Shown piece by piece: positions 32,243 through 44,898 of a stretch of 64,000 bases of DNA. Location of the stretch: positions 10,084,390 through 10,148,389 of the forward strand of contig CM082580.2 of assembly GCA_040954595.2 (NCBI GenBank). The letters run 5' to 3'. Both the position numbers and the translations under genes were made by a program. How positions within the stretch are numbered: position 1 is the stretch's first letter; every line of letters begins with the position of its first letter. This DNA is from Balanoglossus misakiensis. Taxonomy: Eukaryota; Animalia; Hemichordata. Under the pieces are notes generated by a model, which saw nothing but the letters and a program-made list of their open reading frames with translations, did no database searches and was not told the origin of the DNA.

Positions 32243-33683
32243 TCATTGGGTTCCCTTTGGAAGCACTTTTCTTCTGGCCAATAGCCTTCTCCGAATGAAG
32301 TCATGCAATTCTGCTGGTAACAATGACAACGGGATGGAGACTAGCTTGGCATCCCAGCCTGCTGCGTAGCGAGGTCTTGGGCACACGGATGTGAGGGCGT
32401 GCTCCATGCAGTCAATGACCCGGTATATCTTGGTGCTTGTTGTCTCCCTCGCCGTTTGCACCATAAAGGATTTGACTGAAGAAAATTAAAGGTATTGCGT
32501 TACAGGCGGCGATGCACTGGGAGAATGTATTAAAAGGGACAGTATATGTAACCTTGCTTAAACGGCGTTTCCTATTCGAAGCAGGGTTCTCAATCGCTTT
32601 TGAGGCAACGTTCAGCCTTAAGAATATTTGACTTCAAAACGTGAGACGCAATCATTACGCCAAACTTACATCTCTGGTACCACTCTTCGCCGTACTCCTC
32701 CCTGATTTCAGGCGTCAGACCGTTCCACCGGTCATCCATGCGTTCCTCATAACTCTCAGTCCGAAATATTTCGGTTCGAAAGTACCCTGGTTCCAAGATG
32801 TGCACGGAAACGTTGAATGGCTTCAACCACAACCTGTAGAGATGACAACACATTATTTGACAATGATCTTCGCTTGATGGTCGAATCTGTCCACAGCAAT
32901 GGAGAGGCGAAGCACTGTAACATAGCAGAGATCAGCATTTACCTTATAGCATCAGAAAAGCACTCGACGCCATATTTGGAAATGCAGTATGGCAACGAAG
33001 TCTCGTATGCCATTCGGCCCGCGACACTGGCCACGTTCACTATCCGACCCTTGGCCTTTTTGATCAGCGGAACAAAAGCCATGGTAACCTGGATAAGTCC
33101 CAGCGTGTTCACTTCGAAGGTTGATCGATAGTCGTCACGTGACATCCAGTCCGGCATCCCTATGCCACCGAGAATTCCGGCATTGTTGACGAGTCCCCAC
33201 AAACCTTAATTAAGAGAAGATTATGCATGAGTTATGTCGTAATCGCAGGTGAAAGTTAGCGCAGGAAAATTCGTTTTCTGGGACTGAGAAAGACTGATAA
33301 ATAAGGAAATGGATAACCAATGATTTTAAAGGGAAAATTCAAATTTACATAAACCCACCTGTGCCATCTGGCAGGAACGCCTTCACCTGCTCGAAAGCTG
33401 CAGCGATGCTTTCGTCATTTGTGACATCCAGTCTAACAGTTTTAAGACGTTCTGATGACTCAGTCTTGAGCGCTTCCTCTCCCTTCTCTGTCAGACAGGC
33501 CGCGATGACGTTGAACCCCTTCTTGTCCAGTCTCTTGGCTAACTGGTTTCCGAAACCGTGGTCGCAGCCTGTTATAAGCACATATTTCGACGGAATACCC
33601 GAGATGATCGGCAATCTTCGGTACCAGTCGTAAACTTTGAATGCGACGAAGGCAACGAGCAGAAGACACACCGAGCAAAACAT
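32243..33683 (-). CDS. SDR9C-family short-chain dehydrogenase (RDH16/HSD17B6-like), copy A, 327 aa; exons 33359-33683, 32943-33204, 32670-32833, 32243-32475
   Basis: N-terminal hydrophobic anchor, VLITGCDHGFG, LWGLVNNAG, catalytic YCISK, EPGYFRT, MEHALTSVCPRPRY; phases 1,2,1 consistent. Confidence 0.93.
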
Positions 33684-33855
33684 TCTGAAATGAATAAGCG
33701 AGAAATTTAACATTTGTGTATTTTCACACGCATTTGGATGGGGGAAGTGTCATTTAGGCCGCCTTTTCATGCTGTACACGTTTTACTGTATTTTAGCAGT
33801 CAATTAGCGTGGAACGGTAGCAGACAAAGCATATGTAATCAGGTTGGTATTTTCC

Positions 33856-33898
33856 GAGTCTGGGTCACCGTGACCCGGAGTCTAGGTCACCGAGACTA
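33856..33898. repeat. Short nested palindrome resembling a miniature TAG..CTA-ended element
   Basis: GAGTCTGGGTCACCGTGACCCGGAGTCTAGGTCACCGAGACTA; a similar end TAGTCTGGTTCCC occurs at 34261. Confidence 0.35.
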
Positions 33899-34943
33899 GA
33901 CTAACTCATGAGACTAAGTGGCCTATTTACGTTTACGGCTGGCATATTGTGTAGGGATTTGAAAGTTGGTGCTTTCTGTCTATACATGCACGGACGGTCG
34001 TGCGTGCGTGGAGGAACTGTGATGCACGGCAAGCACTGGCCTCCACCTTCAAAGTACATGTATTACAAAGCCAAGTCTTACCTTACTGTTCAAAAACTAC
34101 AAGAGGGATAAGAGGGAGAACTTCAGAACTGATTGTGACACACCAAACTGGTTGAGAGGTCCAGGCAACTCCTTTGGACTGCGGCGGCGCACTGTGCTTT
34201 GACCTCGGGGAGGGGGGGGGGGTCCTGTGATTTGCGGATTCGTGGGAGGTGGGTCTAGTCTAGTCTGGTTCCCTGCCCCAATCCCACCGCTGGCTGCGCT
34301 ACGCTAAATGGACAATAAGCGTACCCGAAACAGAGTTCTCCATGATGCTGCAGAAAGTTATCAACTCTGAGAAAGTTATCAATAAAGTAACTATCCAGTA
34401 TACAACTGCGATCAAAGTAAAACTAGAAGTGCCATAGGCGAGTCACATCTATGAAGAAGTCTTAACACCGTTCTGTATTGTCTGGGGGAAATATATGCAT
34501 TATATATTTATCTCCTCAACGTTTTTATTCAACTGTAAATCAAAGGGTAATGTAATCTTTTTTCTCTTTCGCACGAGCCGAAAGGCTGGGATGAAAATAA
34601 GAGTTCTCATATTCAGCCGGAGTAGTGTTTATGCGCTAATAAAATGTTCCCAAGAGAACAAACTGTTACGATCTGTAAAATTTCGCGAGGAAATTTAATC
34701 ACCAACGAACAGAAGACTGGGTACTCGTAAACGAAGATTATAATAGTTGACAAATAAAATCGTTCGGAAACGTCCAATATATAGCCATAGGGCTAATAGT
34801 TTGTGTCAATCGCTGATCCCAGCAACCGAAAATCGATTCCGCAGCTTTCTCAGAATTTATCAGATACATGTAGCTGCAGCATCATACCGGAATTCTGGAA
34901 GATGGGGTATCGAATGGAAGAAAATCATTTTAAGCTACGGCAG

Positions 34944-37900
34944 ATGGCCCAACTTATCAAGATTTCTGTGGTTTTGGCAGTAGTGTTTGTGGGACAAAAC
35001 GGTAAGTGTTTTTTCACCACACCAATAAGGTGGCATACTCCACCTTGCTGCAGCTAAATCTTTGACAGATTGTGTGTGATTGGGGTGAACCGGATTAACT
35101 GGCGGGATGCCTCCAATCATGCGTCAGTGCTACGGATATGGAAAACTCTGTTTCGGGTACGCTTATTTTCTGGTCAACAAAGTCTTAAACGGTACTATTC
35201 AACGTATTCAACGTTAGTATTAAACATATTAGTGTTGAAGGGCCGAAGTGCAGCAAATGCTATCAGTTGAGGAATCGTTCCTCAGCGGAATATTCGTTCA
35301 CCATTTGCCTTTATTCTTATCACAGCTAAATTTTCAAACATTTAATTTCGATTGCTATTCTCGACTTCTAATCCGATTCTCACAATTTGTTTCAAATAAA
35401 CATCATTCTAATTATTCGCATTTGTGAAACAAAAAGCCGTCGTGTATAAGAAAGAAGTCTGAAGGTTCTTAGACCAAATTTCATACTGATAGAGGAATCA
35501 TCTTTCAGGTAATTGTCAGGTGGTTGTTAATGCTGTCAAACCCCTGCCGAGCAGCAAGATAGAACAGTTCTGTAAAAACTTTGGTCTACGCGTTGTCAAA
35601 GATGACAGCGAGGCAAAACACCAGAAAATAATTAAGGCACTTAATGAACAAGGCTTGGAAGACGAAAGACTGATTATTGATGCGCGGTTAGCGGACGACA
35701 GAAAGGTTGTACGAACAAGCGACGGACAGGAGCTGACGTACAAGCCCTTCGCGAAAGGTTACCCGAGGAACAACGGGGATTGTATAGAAATGAAGTAAGT
35801 GTAATCAATTGAAATCAATCATGTAAATCAATTAAATTTGTCAGTAGTTACCCGTCCACACCCGTTCACTGTACACTGTATATGTTTTCTGTTAATGATT
35901 TCTGTAGATGTCCGATCCAAAGCAAAATTGATACACACTATACAGTCATTGTTACACTGCTTACAATTTTGGTTTTTGTAGTCTATCTCTCCAAGGCGGG
36001 TGGATGAACAGAGATTGTAATGATGAATACGATCCGATATGTGAAACTTCAAGTAAGTTGAGGTGTACTTGTATAAGCTTTCACTTTTGATGATGGTTGT
36101 GAATACATGTCACCTGGATTAAGGCCAGAAAAGTCTCTGAAGAAATATAAATTACCGTCGGAAGCTTAGCTTTCACTGTAATGGGCTTAAGTGAGAAAAT
36201 ATTGATTAACCTTCCGTGTTACGCGAGTGTCGACTTATATACATGTATATAATTTTTGTTAATACTTCCATGCAAGGGGAAAATTTAAATGAGTTATAAC
36301 ACCGTTCTATCATTTTATTGTAATTGGTTTTTTTTTTTCGATTATATTCTAAGTGGAAAATTCCATACATTTGTATATGAGAATTTATAATCTCCGAAAT
36401 GCAAAATCTTCATTACATTGAAAAAATCAACTTGTATTTCAGCAACATCCGAGCTTATATCCTTTAGAAAGGCAAACCAAGCGGATGCACATCAGCAGTG
36501 CAACAGTATCGGCTTTTATTTAGTGTCCGTCATAAACGCACGGAAACATAAAAAGATGTTTTCAGAATACTGTAATCCAAGGTGTCCTGGTCCACGCCAT
36601 TTTCAAACGTGGGTCGCTGCACACATCGCGGCTGACAATGCAGTGAAGACTCGCAGTGGTTTGGTGTTGGAGTACACGCCCTTTGCCAAAACCGTGACCC
36701 AGCGGATAGACCCCGGAAAGTGCATTTACATGTCGTGAGTGCAAATCAGTTGTGATTGTCATGAACTTGTAAATTATTCCATACTCTATTTAGCTTCATT
36801 TTCATAAATGCATACACAAAGTATTCTGATATACACAGTGTATACTTTAAGTATACTAACTTTGTATTTTACAGAGTTCTATCATGGGTACAAATCATGT
36901 ATACTCAAACTTCGTATTTTACAAAATATTCATTATGTGCAAATGAGCCAACATTTTGCCTTAACAATTTATTGGACAAAGTCACACTTTTTTCTCAAGT
37001 TTGTTTGGTACGAAAAGTTGTATACACAAGAGAGACAATCAACATCACACAATTCTAATGGTACGCTACCTTGTATTTGTTTTGCTATTTATAACTGACC
37101 CTTCATAATCCGAGTTCGTTTATTTTGACAGATGTTCCCCACATGTAAAAGGAAATTGCGAGTGGTATACTACACCTTGTGATGGGGAACGGGAGTTTTG
37201 GTATCATTGCGGTAAGGGCAAATTGCTAGTGGAACCAAATGGTACTTCTCTTCATACGACGATGTGAAATACATTTATATGCTAAGAACGACAGAACTGT
37301 CACAATCCATTTTAAATTTGGTGATCTAAAAACAATAAGTTTACATTACCATGGCAAAAAAACTCTTTTTAGTGCATGCATGGGTTAATTACATGTCAGT
37401 ACGGTGATGTAATTATTCATGCATTTGGAACCAAATTTCTTGAAAATCTCTCATTTACGCCAGATATTAATTTAGCTATCTATAGGAATAAACTTAAACA
37501 TTACATGCACGGTGTGCGTAGTGTCATCCCAAGCTTCTTTATCGCAATAGAATCCCGTTCATTAGGAATATATGATTACTGAGTTACACCATCTATAATA
37601 GATATTGCGAGTGATATCAAATTGATACAAATTGAAGTTTGTCAAGCGTCAGTGCACGTATAAGGTAGACTGTATTCATCGTGTCAAGGTATCTGAAATG
37701 TGATCTCTTTCAGTGAGTTTTTCAAGATACAAATTTTTCATTATAAATTTTATTATTTATCGTATAAATGCGATCTCTGTAGCGCCATCAGAATTTAACA
37801 CGATTGTATTATGGCCATGAAACCTAACACTTTAGGTTTAAGCTTATTCACATTAGGCGGGTCGCATGCGTGGTTGTAGTGTTGCAGATGGAATTAATAA

Positions 37901-40900
37901 AATATACACATACTTGGAAAGCATACTTGAGCCCATGGGTTTTCTGATGAAATGACTAAGCTTAATTAAAAGGAATAACGGATATTATTACACTCACAAA
38001 GTTTAATGTACTCTTTTGTCTCATTTTCACTTTAGATAATGACGACCTTCCTTATCTGTTACCACGTTTGGCCGCAATAAGTGGCACTGGAAAGCATACG
38101 ACAACTCTCGTAAGGAAACACACATTTTGAAATTGCACAGTCGTAAAAAAATCGATGAATTTGCTTTAATAATAATAATTTATGAAATGAATGAATATTT
38201 CAGTACTTTACACAATTACTGTGATATTTTTCTCTCGACAGAGTCTTGCAGTGATGGACGATCTGGTCCATTTCACCTCGGGACTTTTCAACAAAAACAC
38301 AATGTTTGAAGATAGCATTCTTCTTTCGCAAGGTTTTTGTGGAATTTAGTCTGGAATCCCGACTGGCGTGTTTTTCCCCCGCTAGACTCACACACCTAGT
38401 TGGAAAATTAGCATTAATAAACAACGTCTTTGCCATGACAACGGCCAATCAGTAGTGTGTCGCGTCAGGTGATTGACTTGAACAATGACGTCATCGGCAT
38501 ACAGACATGGTTTGTGAGCCCAGTGAAAAAAAAACACATCAGTCGGGACTCCAGAATTAAGATTTTGACAGAATTGAGATTTCTCTCTGCCTTACTCATT
38601 TATCAAATCCAAAGGAGGTTAATTTATCCCAAAGTAAAAAGCATAAAATCGAACATGAAAACCAAGGCACCAGCGTGTAGGGTAGGTTAAACACAGCGAA
38701 AAGTATACAGGAACGGGAGCACTAAGTAAACTAGATCACAGTACATGATTTTTTTTGGCTTTTGAACCTTTCCAGGGACACTGAATATCATTCAAGATGT
38801 CATTGACACAATACAGTCGCTCATAGACGTCGATCCGAGTCAAAAGTTGACTCTAAACCAATCGAACGACTTGACGAAGAAAGTAACGGAAATAGTCGAC
38901 CAACTCTCAATGTTTGTACTTCGCATGGCCGAGAGTGACAATGTAAACGTAGTGCTAAATACATCTTCACTCGTTCTCAACGTGGAAAAGAAATCCGCCA
39001 AGAAATTACTTGACCTCGTCGTAATGGTAGGAGATGGAAGCGGATTCGAGTTTCCGCCAATAGATGACGTGTTTCCAAACGTGTCGTCGGATGCAGTTTG
39101 GAGCAGAATGGTTAGTATTTATTACATCGCCGTCTTTTGTCACAAGGCAGTGGTTTACCACAATGAGGGAATGCTATAATTAATTGGCTTCTTCTATTTT
39201 CTTTCAATACACAATTGCCCTTGATTGTGAATTTTAAGGATTAGAACACCGCTGAGTATTGCATGCTGACGCAAGAGGGCAATTTTGTTTGTTACTTCTT
39301 TCCTCAGACCTCACTACCCATGCATTTACATCTGTTGTGATTGAAAACATTAATATCTTAATTTTCCCCCAGATATTCCGTTTTGCTGTTAATCCACATA
39401 AAATGAACACGAAGAGATACAGCTTTACCACAGATATATTGACGCTGATATTCAAAGATGAAAATGGTGTCGAAATGACAGGTAAGACGGACCAGAACAT
39501 AGAAATGATTACTGGATAGTCATTCATATCTGCGTGTGTGTTTTTCCCAAGCGGTTACAGAATCGAAGCAAGCGTTACAGATTTGAGATATCAAAGATCG
39601 AGGAAAAATTATTACAGCATTCCATTATGAAATCGCCTACCTCATAATGACGACGGGTAAATGTTGTCATTTCAGCGAAAAACACCACAAAGGATATTGG
39701 TATATGGCTTGGAAATTACCAAACCCCATTCAACGAAAGTATTGTAAGAGGAAAGCACATTGAAGCCGAAGGAGTCACCCATTATGAGTTGGAAGTAACG
39801 GTAGGCCTGAAGGCTCACTGAACATCACAACTATCAAAACTATTTTCTGTCTATACCTAACTAACGTGAAACAAAAACTTAAAAAATCATATACATGCTG
39901 TTAGGTCGAAACGGTTGCTTGCAATTGTTGATTGATTAATTGATTGATTGATTGATTGATGGATGGATTGATTGATTGATGGATTGATTGATTATCGTAT
40001 GAACATTATATACACATCCACTTGTAGGCACTGATGATGCACAGCGCTTACCAGATCACGTTGGAAGCATCAGCCCCTATCTGTGAGACCACTATAGCAA
40101 ATGTGTTATCTGAAAGACCTGGCAATCCTATCGCGCATGGTGGTATCCTGTTGGTTAGTGAACTGGTATTCGACGGCCGTTTTGCATCCATATTTTTGCC
40201 GGAAAATAAGATTACACGAACAGGGTTTTACTACGTAACCTTTGACCTTAATGGTAAGTGGCAGTAAAAGGACATGTAAATTTAACGGTCTATTTCACTG
40301 TGACGTTCCACTTGGTCATTGTATGTGGAAAGATTACTTTTCAAGAATTTTTTATTGTCTATGGCAAAGGCATGTACCTCGGTTGGCATATAGTTATCCA
40401 ACACCCACGCGGGAGTTATCATGTGTCCGTTAAACACAGGCATTGACTCCCGTTAGTGAACCTCGTGTCTATAAGACTAATTCCGGCTGTTCGGCGTAAC
40501 CTTGTATACGTTCATTTTCAATATTACAGCTTATGGTGTTGACATCAGCGTGAAAACCACGCAGCACAAGTGCAGTACTTTCACCGACAGTGGTTGGGCA
40601 GACGTTGGATGCAAGGTATTGAATCGCTTGGTGTATATGTATGCCTGATCGGTTTGCCCTGCTTCGAGGCATGGTACTAGGACGTGTCTGAATGCGTTAT
40701 ACCAACGAGTTATACCAGGAGTTATACCAACGCCCTCCTCGGGTATGGTGAAACCCACGACCCCGATATTCTCATTCCCAACTCCATAATCTTATATCAT
40801 CAGCGACATATATTCACGAACTGTATTTGCTTTAGTAAATAATTAAGTAACTGTTTTCTGTGTTCTATTCGTTAGGTATCACCGAAGTCCAACTACAACT

Positions 40901-41037
40901 CGACTCTATGTCTCTGCAATCACTTGTCAACGTTTGCTGCATTCGTTGAAGTCCTTGATCTGGTGGAAATTGAGACGCACTCGTTCAGTCCCACACCTGA
41001 CCAAAACGTCCGAAGCGGGAGAATTCACCCAAATTAA
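34944..41037 (+). CDS. Predicted secreted protein: signal peptide + 2 C-type lectin-like domains + GAIN/GPS, no TM region (~664 aa; PKD1-like/REJ or aGPCR ectodomain-like)
   Basis: 13 phase-compatible exons: 34944-35001, 35509-35794, 35982-36052, 36443-36734, 37132-37211, 38036-38109, 38242-38332, 38776-39110, 39373-39481, 39676-39800, 40028-40253, 40530-40615, 40876-41037 (1995 nt). MAQLIKISVVLAVVFVGQNG signal; CTLD ends WMNRDC..PICE and WYTTPC..WYHC; GPS KCSTFTDSGWADVGCKVSPKSNYNSTLCLCNHLSTFAAF. In-frame upstream ATGs at 34902 and 34914. Confidence 0.85.
38347..38559. mobile_element. Small TIR element (TAG-terminus, Academ-like MITE) in intron 7 of the GAIN gene
   Basis: Left TAGTCTGGAATCCCGACTGGCGTGTTTTT versus right AAAAACACATCAGTCGGGACTCCAGA; right terminus degraded. 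Confidence 0.55.
39929..39993. repeat. (GATT/GATG)n microsatellite
   Basis: Imperfect tetranucleotide run in an intron. Confidence 0.85.
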
Positions 41038-42108
41038 AACTCTCAGAGTTATTAACCACCAAGAATTCATGGTGTTAGATTTTAGTCCTTTCATTGCAAA
41101 GCTGTTGGTGCTTTGTTTCGCGATTTAGTTAGATGGTGCATCATTTTGACGAGTAAATTTTCATTATTGGAATGTACAACGAACACTGTTACACACCTTC
41201 CATTTTAAATGGAAGCAGACTTAGCACGGAGTGAGATTATTCCACATTATGTAAATTAGTAATAAATATGAATGAGTCTTGGATGTACCCAAATATGCAT
41301 ATGCTAAACACATGACTTTCCGTGGCCACGCCGGTGGAGAAGCCAGACCATGGGAGGCTAGACGTTCCACGGTCCCTGCCATGTCGACACCGAGTCTTTC
41401 CGCTACTACTGCAAGCTTCGTACAAGCTCATGGCTCGACGACACTTAATCAACCTTCTTCTGGAGGTAGGAACACTCGTGTGTCTCCCGCTGCTGCTGCG
41501 GCTTTGAATCCTGCAGCTGCATCTGTAGCCATGTGTACAGGTCTGCGTGCTCCCGGCGTTACACGGCCTCCACCGCTGCCCTGCTAGGCTCCATAGACAT
41601 AGGCAAAACTGGTGAGTCTGCGGTCCGGATCCGGACCGTAGCTTTTTGGCCGAAACTCGATTTTATCGCCGGGGGGATCCTTTCCCTGTCTACTTCTACC
41701 GCATATCCGGTTATAACCGACTATGATACGATTAACTTATCTAACGTCCGAACCACTCGCTTTCTGATTTGTGTGTGTGTGTGTGTGTACCTGTTGAGGT
41801 CGCCATATTGAAATTATCTCCATGGGTAAACACAAAAGGCCAGCCACGATGGTTGGCCACCCCAAAGACACCGGGCTGTGTAATCACAATTGGAAGAAAG
41901 TCTTACTCTTCGGGAACAAAGAGCGAGAATGCTGATCAAACCTGTCATTCTTTATTTGTCGGATAAAGTGTTTTAGCATTTTTCATAGTCATCGTTTCAC
42001 GTGTTCTTTTGATATAAATGGATAGTCTATCAGAAACTGGAACTTGTGTGATTTCGTGACTTCAAATCATAGAAGTTAGTCATATTTTTGTTGTCCAAAC
42101 AGCTCGAC

Positions 42109-43897
42109 TTAAGGCCGGGCTCCTTTTGGACGCACTTTATTCATCTCCAATAGCCCCCGAATGTAGTCATGCACTCCTGCAGGTAACCAGGACAACGGGA
42201 TGAAGATCAGCTTGGCATCCCAGCCTATTGCGTAGCGATATCTTGGGCACACGGATGTGAGGGCGTGCTCCATGCAGTCAACAACGCGGTAGGTCTTCGT
42301 GCTGGTTCTCTCCCTCGTTGTTTTTATAATAATGGATTTGACTAGAGAAAGAATAAGAAGATAACTGTTATTATCCTTGTCTACACGTTTGTCCCCAAAA
42401 GATGCTATATAGATTATTTGACTGATCGAGACTATCTCAGGGGCGTTTTCCATCCCAGTACCACAACGGCGAATCTACGTTAATTGCTGCTATTGCCATT
42501 AATTTGTAATTCGACAAACTCACATCTCTGGTACCACTCATCGCCGTACTCCTCCCTGATTTCAGGTGACAGGCCATTCCACCGGTCATCGAGACGTTTT
42601 TCCATAGTGTCAACCTGAAATAAGTCTGTGCGGTGGAACCCGGGCTCCAAAATGTGCACGGAAACGTTGAACGGCTTCAACCACATCCTGCAGTAGAAGA
42701 CAACAAATTACGCCCACGTAAGGTACGTCTTCCGTAAGTTGTGTTATAAATTTAGTCACGTGGATGCGTCTGTATTATATAGATATATGAATTTTAAAAA
42801 TCGACAACTTTGTCAGACACTGTCAGTGAAAGTGAATATATGCGACCAAGCAAATGAACAGACAGTGTCGTTGACCAAAGACATCATGTGAAGTGTAGCA
42901 ATATATATTCGGTAATGCATGCGTTTTAAATTTTCCTTAACTACTCGTATAATTCTGTAAAAAAACAAAAGTCACATGTAGGTTGTGTGTTAGCAAAGAC
43001 AATGCAGGAAAATGATTGCACCGGTGGTTTTGTTTACCTAATACCGTCGGAAAAGCACTCGACGCCATATTTGGAAATGCCGTATGCGATCGAACTATCG
43101 AATGCGGTTCGGCCGGCGATACTAGCCACGTTCACTATACGACCCTTGGCCTTTTTGATCAGCGGAACAAAAGCCATGGTGACCTGGATAAGTCCCAGGG
43201 TGTTCACTTCGAAGGTTGGTCGGTAGTCGTCACGTGACATCCAGTCCGGCATCCCGATGTCACCGAGAATTCCGGCATTGTTGACGAGTCCCCACAAACC
43301 TGTTAGGAGAAGATCGTGCGACAGATGTCATATAGATGTCGCAAGTGAAAGTTAGCGCGAGAAAATTCAGTTCCTGGGTCTGAGAAAGATTGATAAATTA
43401 AGGAAAATGTAACCAATGATTATTAAGGGGTGGTACCCTTTAAGGAACTACATAATGTTTTCCCTCTCTATTCACAACTGACTCTATGTTGTTGGTATCG
43501 TATTCATCTTGCATTTCGTACAAGAAATGGTTATGTCAAAATGAATGAAAATGAAAATTTACATAAACCCACCCGTGCCTACTGGCAGGAACGCCTTCAC
43601 CTGCTCGAAAGCTGCAGCGATGCTTTCATCATTTGTGACATCCAGTCTAACAGTTTTAAGACGTTCTGATGTCTCAGTCTTGAGCGCTTCCCTTCCCTTC
43701 TCTGTCAGACAGGCCGCGATGACGTTGAACCCCTTCTTGTCCAGTCTCTTGGCTAACTGGTTTCCGAAACCGTGGTCGCAGCCTGTTATAAGCACATATT
43801 TCGACGGAATGCCCGAGATGATCGGCAATCTTCGGTACCAGTCGTAAACTTTGAATGCGACGATGGCAACCACCAGGAGACACACTGAGCAAAACAT
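42109..43897 (-). CDS. SDR9C-family short-chain dehydrogenase (RDH16/HSD17B6-like), copy B, 327 aa; exons 43573-43897, 43038-43299, 42524-42687, 42109-42341
   Basis: Same exon sizes as copy A (325/262/164/233); TGCDHGFG, NNAG, YGISK. Confidence 0.93.
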
Positions 43898-44097
43898 TCT
43901 GAAATGAATATGGGAGCAGATACATCTGTGTGCTTATTCATCATTTGGTGATAACAATTCTATGAGAACCAAACGGTTTACAGTTTGCACGTAAAACGAT
44001 TTGGCTCGTGTACGTGCAGGCGTGATGCTTTCGCCTCTGAGTGTTATGTATGTGGAACCACGTGGGAGGTCCGAATCTTCGGTCTCTGTAACAGTTA

Positions 44098-44898
44098 GGC
44101 TGCATTCACAAACACCTCTGGAGGGGGGGGCGGGAGAATTCAATTTTTTTTACCGGTAATTTTCACACGCCCCCCTTCCGAACTGCCAATATTTTCAAAT
44201 CCCCCCCTTCCGAACTGCCAAAATTTTGAAATCCCCCCCCCCATTTTCTTTCACAGAGCAAAACACATCACCCATCTATCTTGTAAAAAGAAAAACAGCG
44301 CTCCCATGAAAAGAATTTGAAGCTGATGTTTCCCCTCATCAGTGGGTATTAAAACTGAACATTGTTTTTATTTTTTTAGTACATATATTTGTATTCTGTG
44401 TTGGGAGACATTGTAAACCGAGAATTGAAGGGGGTGGGTTTGGGAGGGGGTGTCCCCCTCCCACGTAAGAAAATTTTCTAAAATACAGAGCTCAAAGTTG
44501 CATTTTAATGAACCCGGCAAAAGCAAATTAACTCAACTACCGGTATGTTGGGGAGGACAAATTTAACCGTCGCCGCTCAAAGTTATCATGGGGTGGGGCA
44601 AGTCCCCTGATCTGGGACGCTAGATAAACCAGTCAATGATTGAAAGGTGTTGATGAATGGAGGGGGTGGGTGTGGGAGGGGGTGTCCCCCTCCCACATTA
44701 GAAAATTTTGTAAAATAAAGGGCGCGAAACTGCATTTTTGTGGACTCAAAATAAATATTTAGTTGTTAAAGTTTTCAAGTCCCCCCCTTTCAGTCCCTAA
44801 ATTATTTCAAATCCCCCCTTACATACCCTCAATTTTTTCAAATCCCCCCCCTCAATTCTCCTGCCCCCCCCCCTCCAGAGGTGTTTGTGAATGCAGCC
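44098..44898. mobile_element. PIF/Harbinger-type MITE
   Basis: TIRs GGCTGCATTCACAAACACCTCTGGAGGGGGGGG / reverse complement; TTA TSD at 44095-44097 and 44899-44901; core is the reverse complement of the 25.1-25.8 kb MITE core. Confidence 0.9.
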
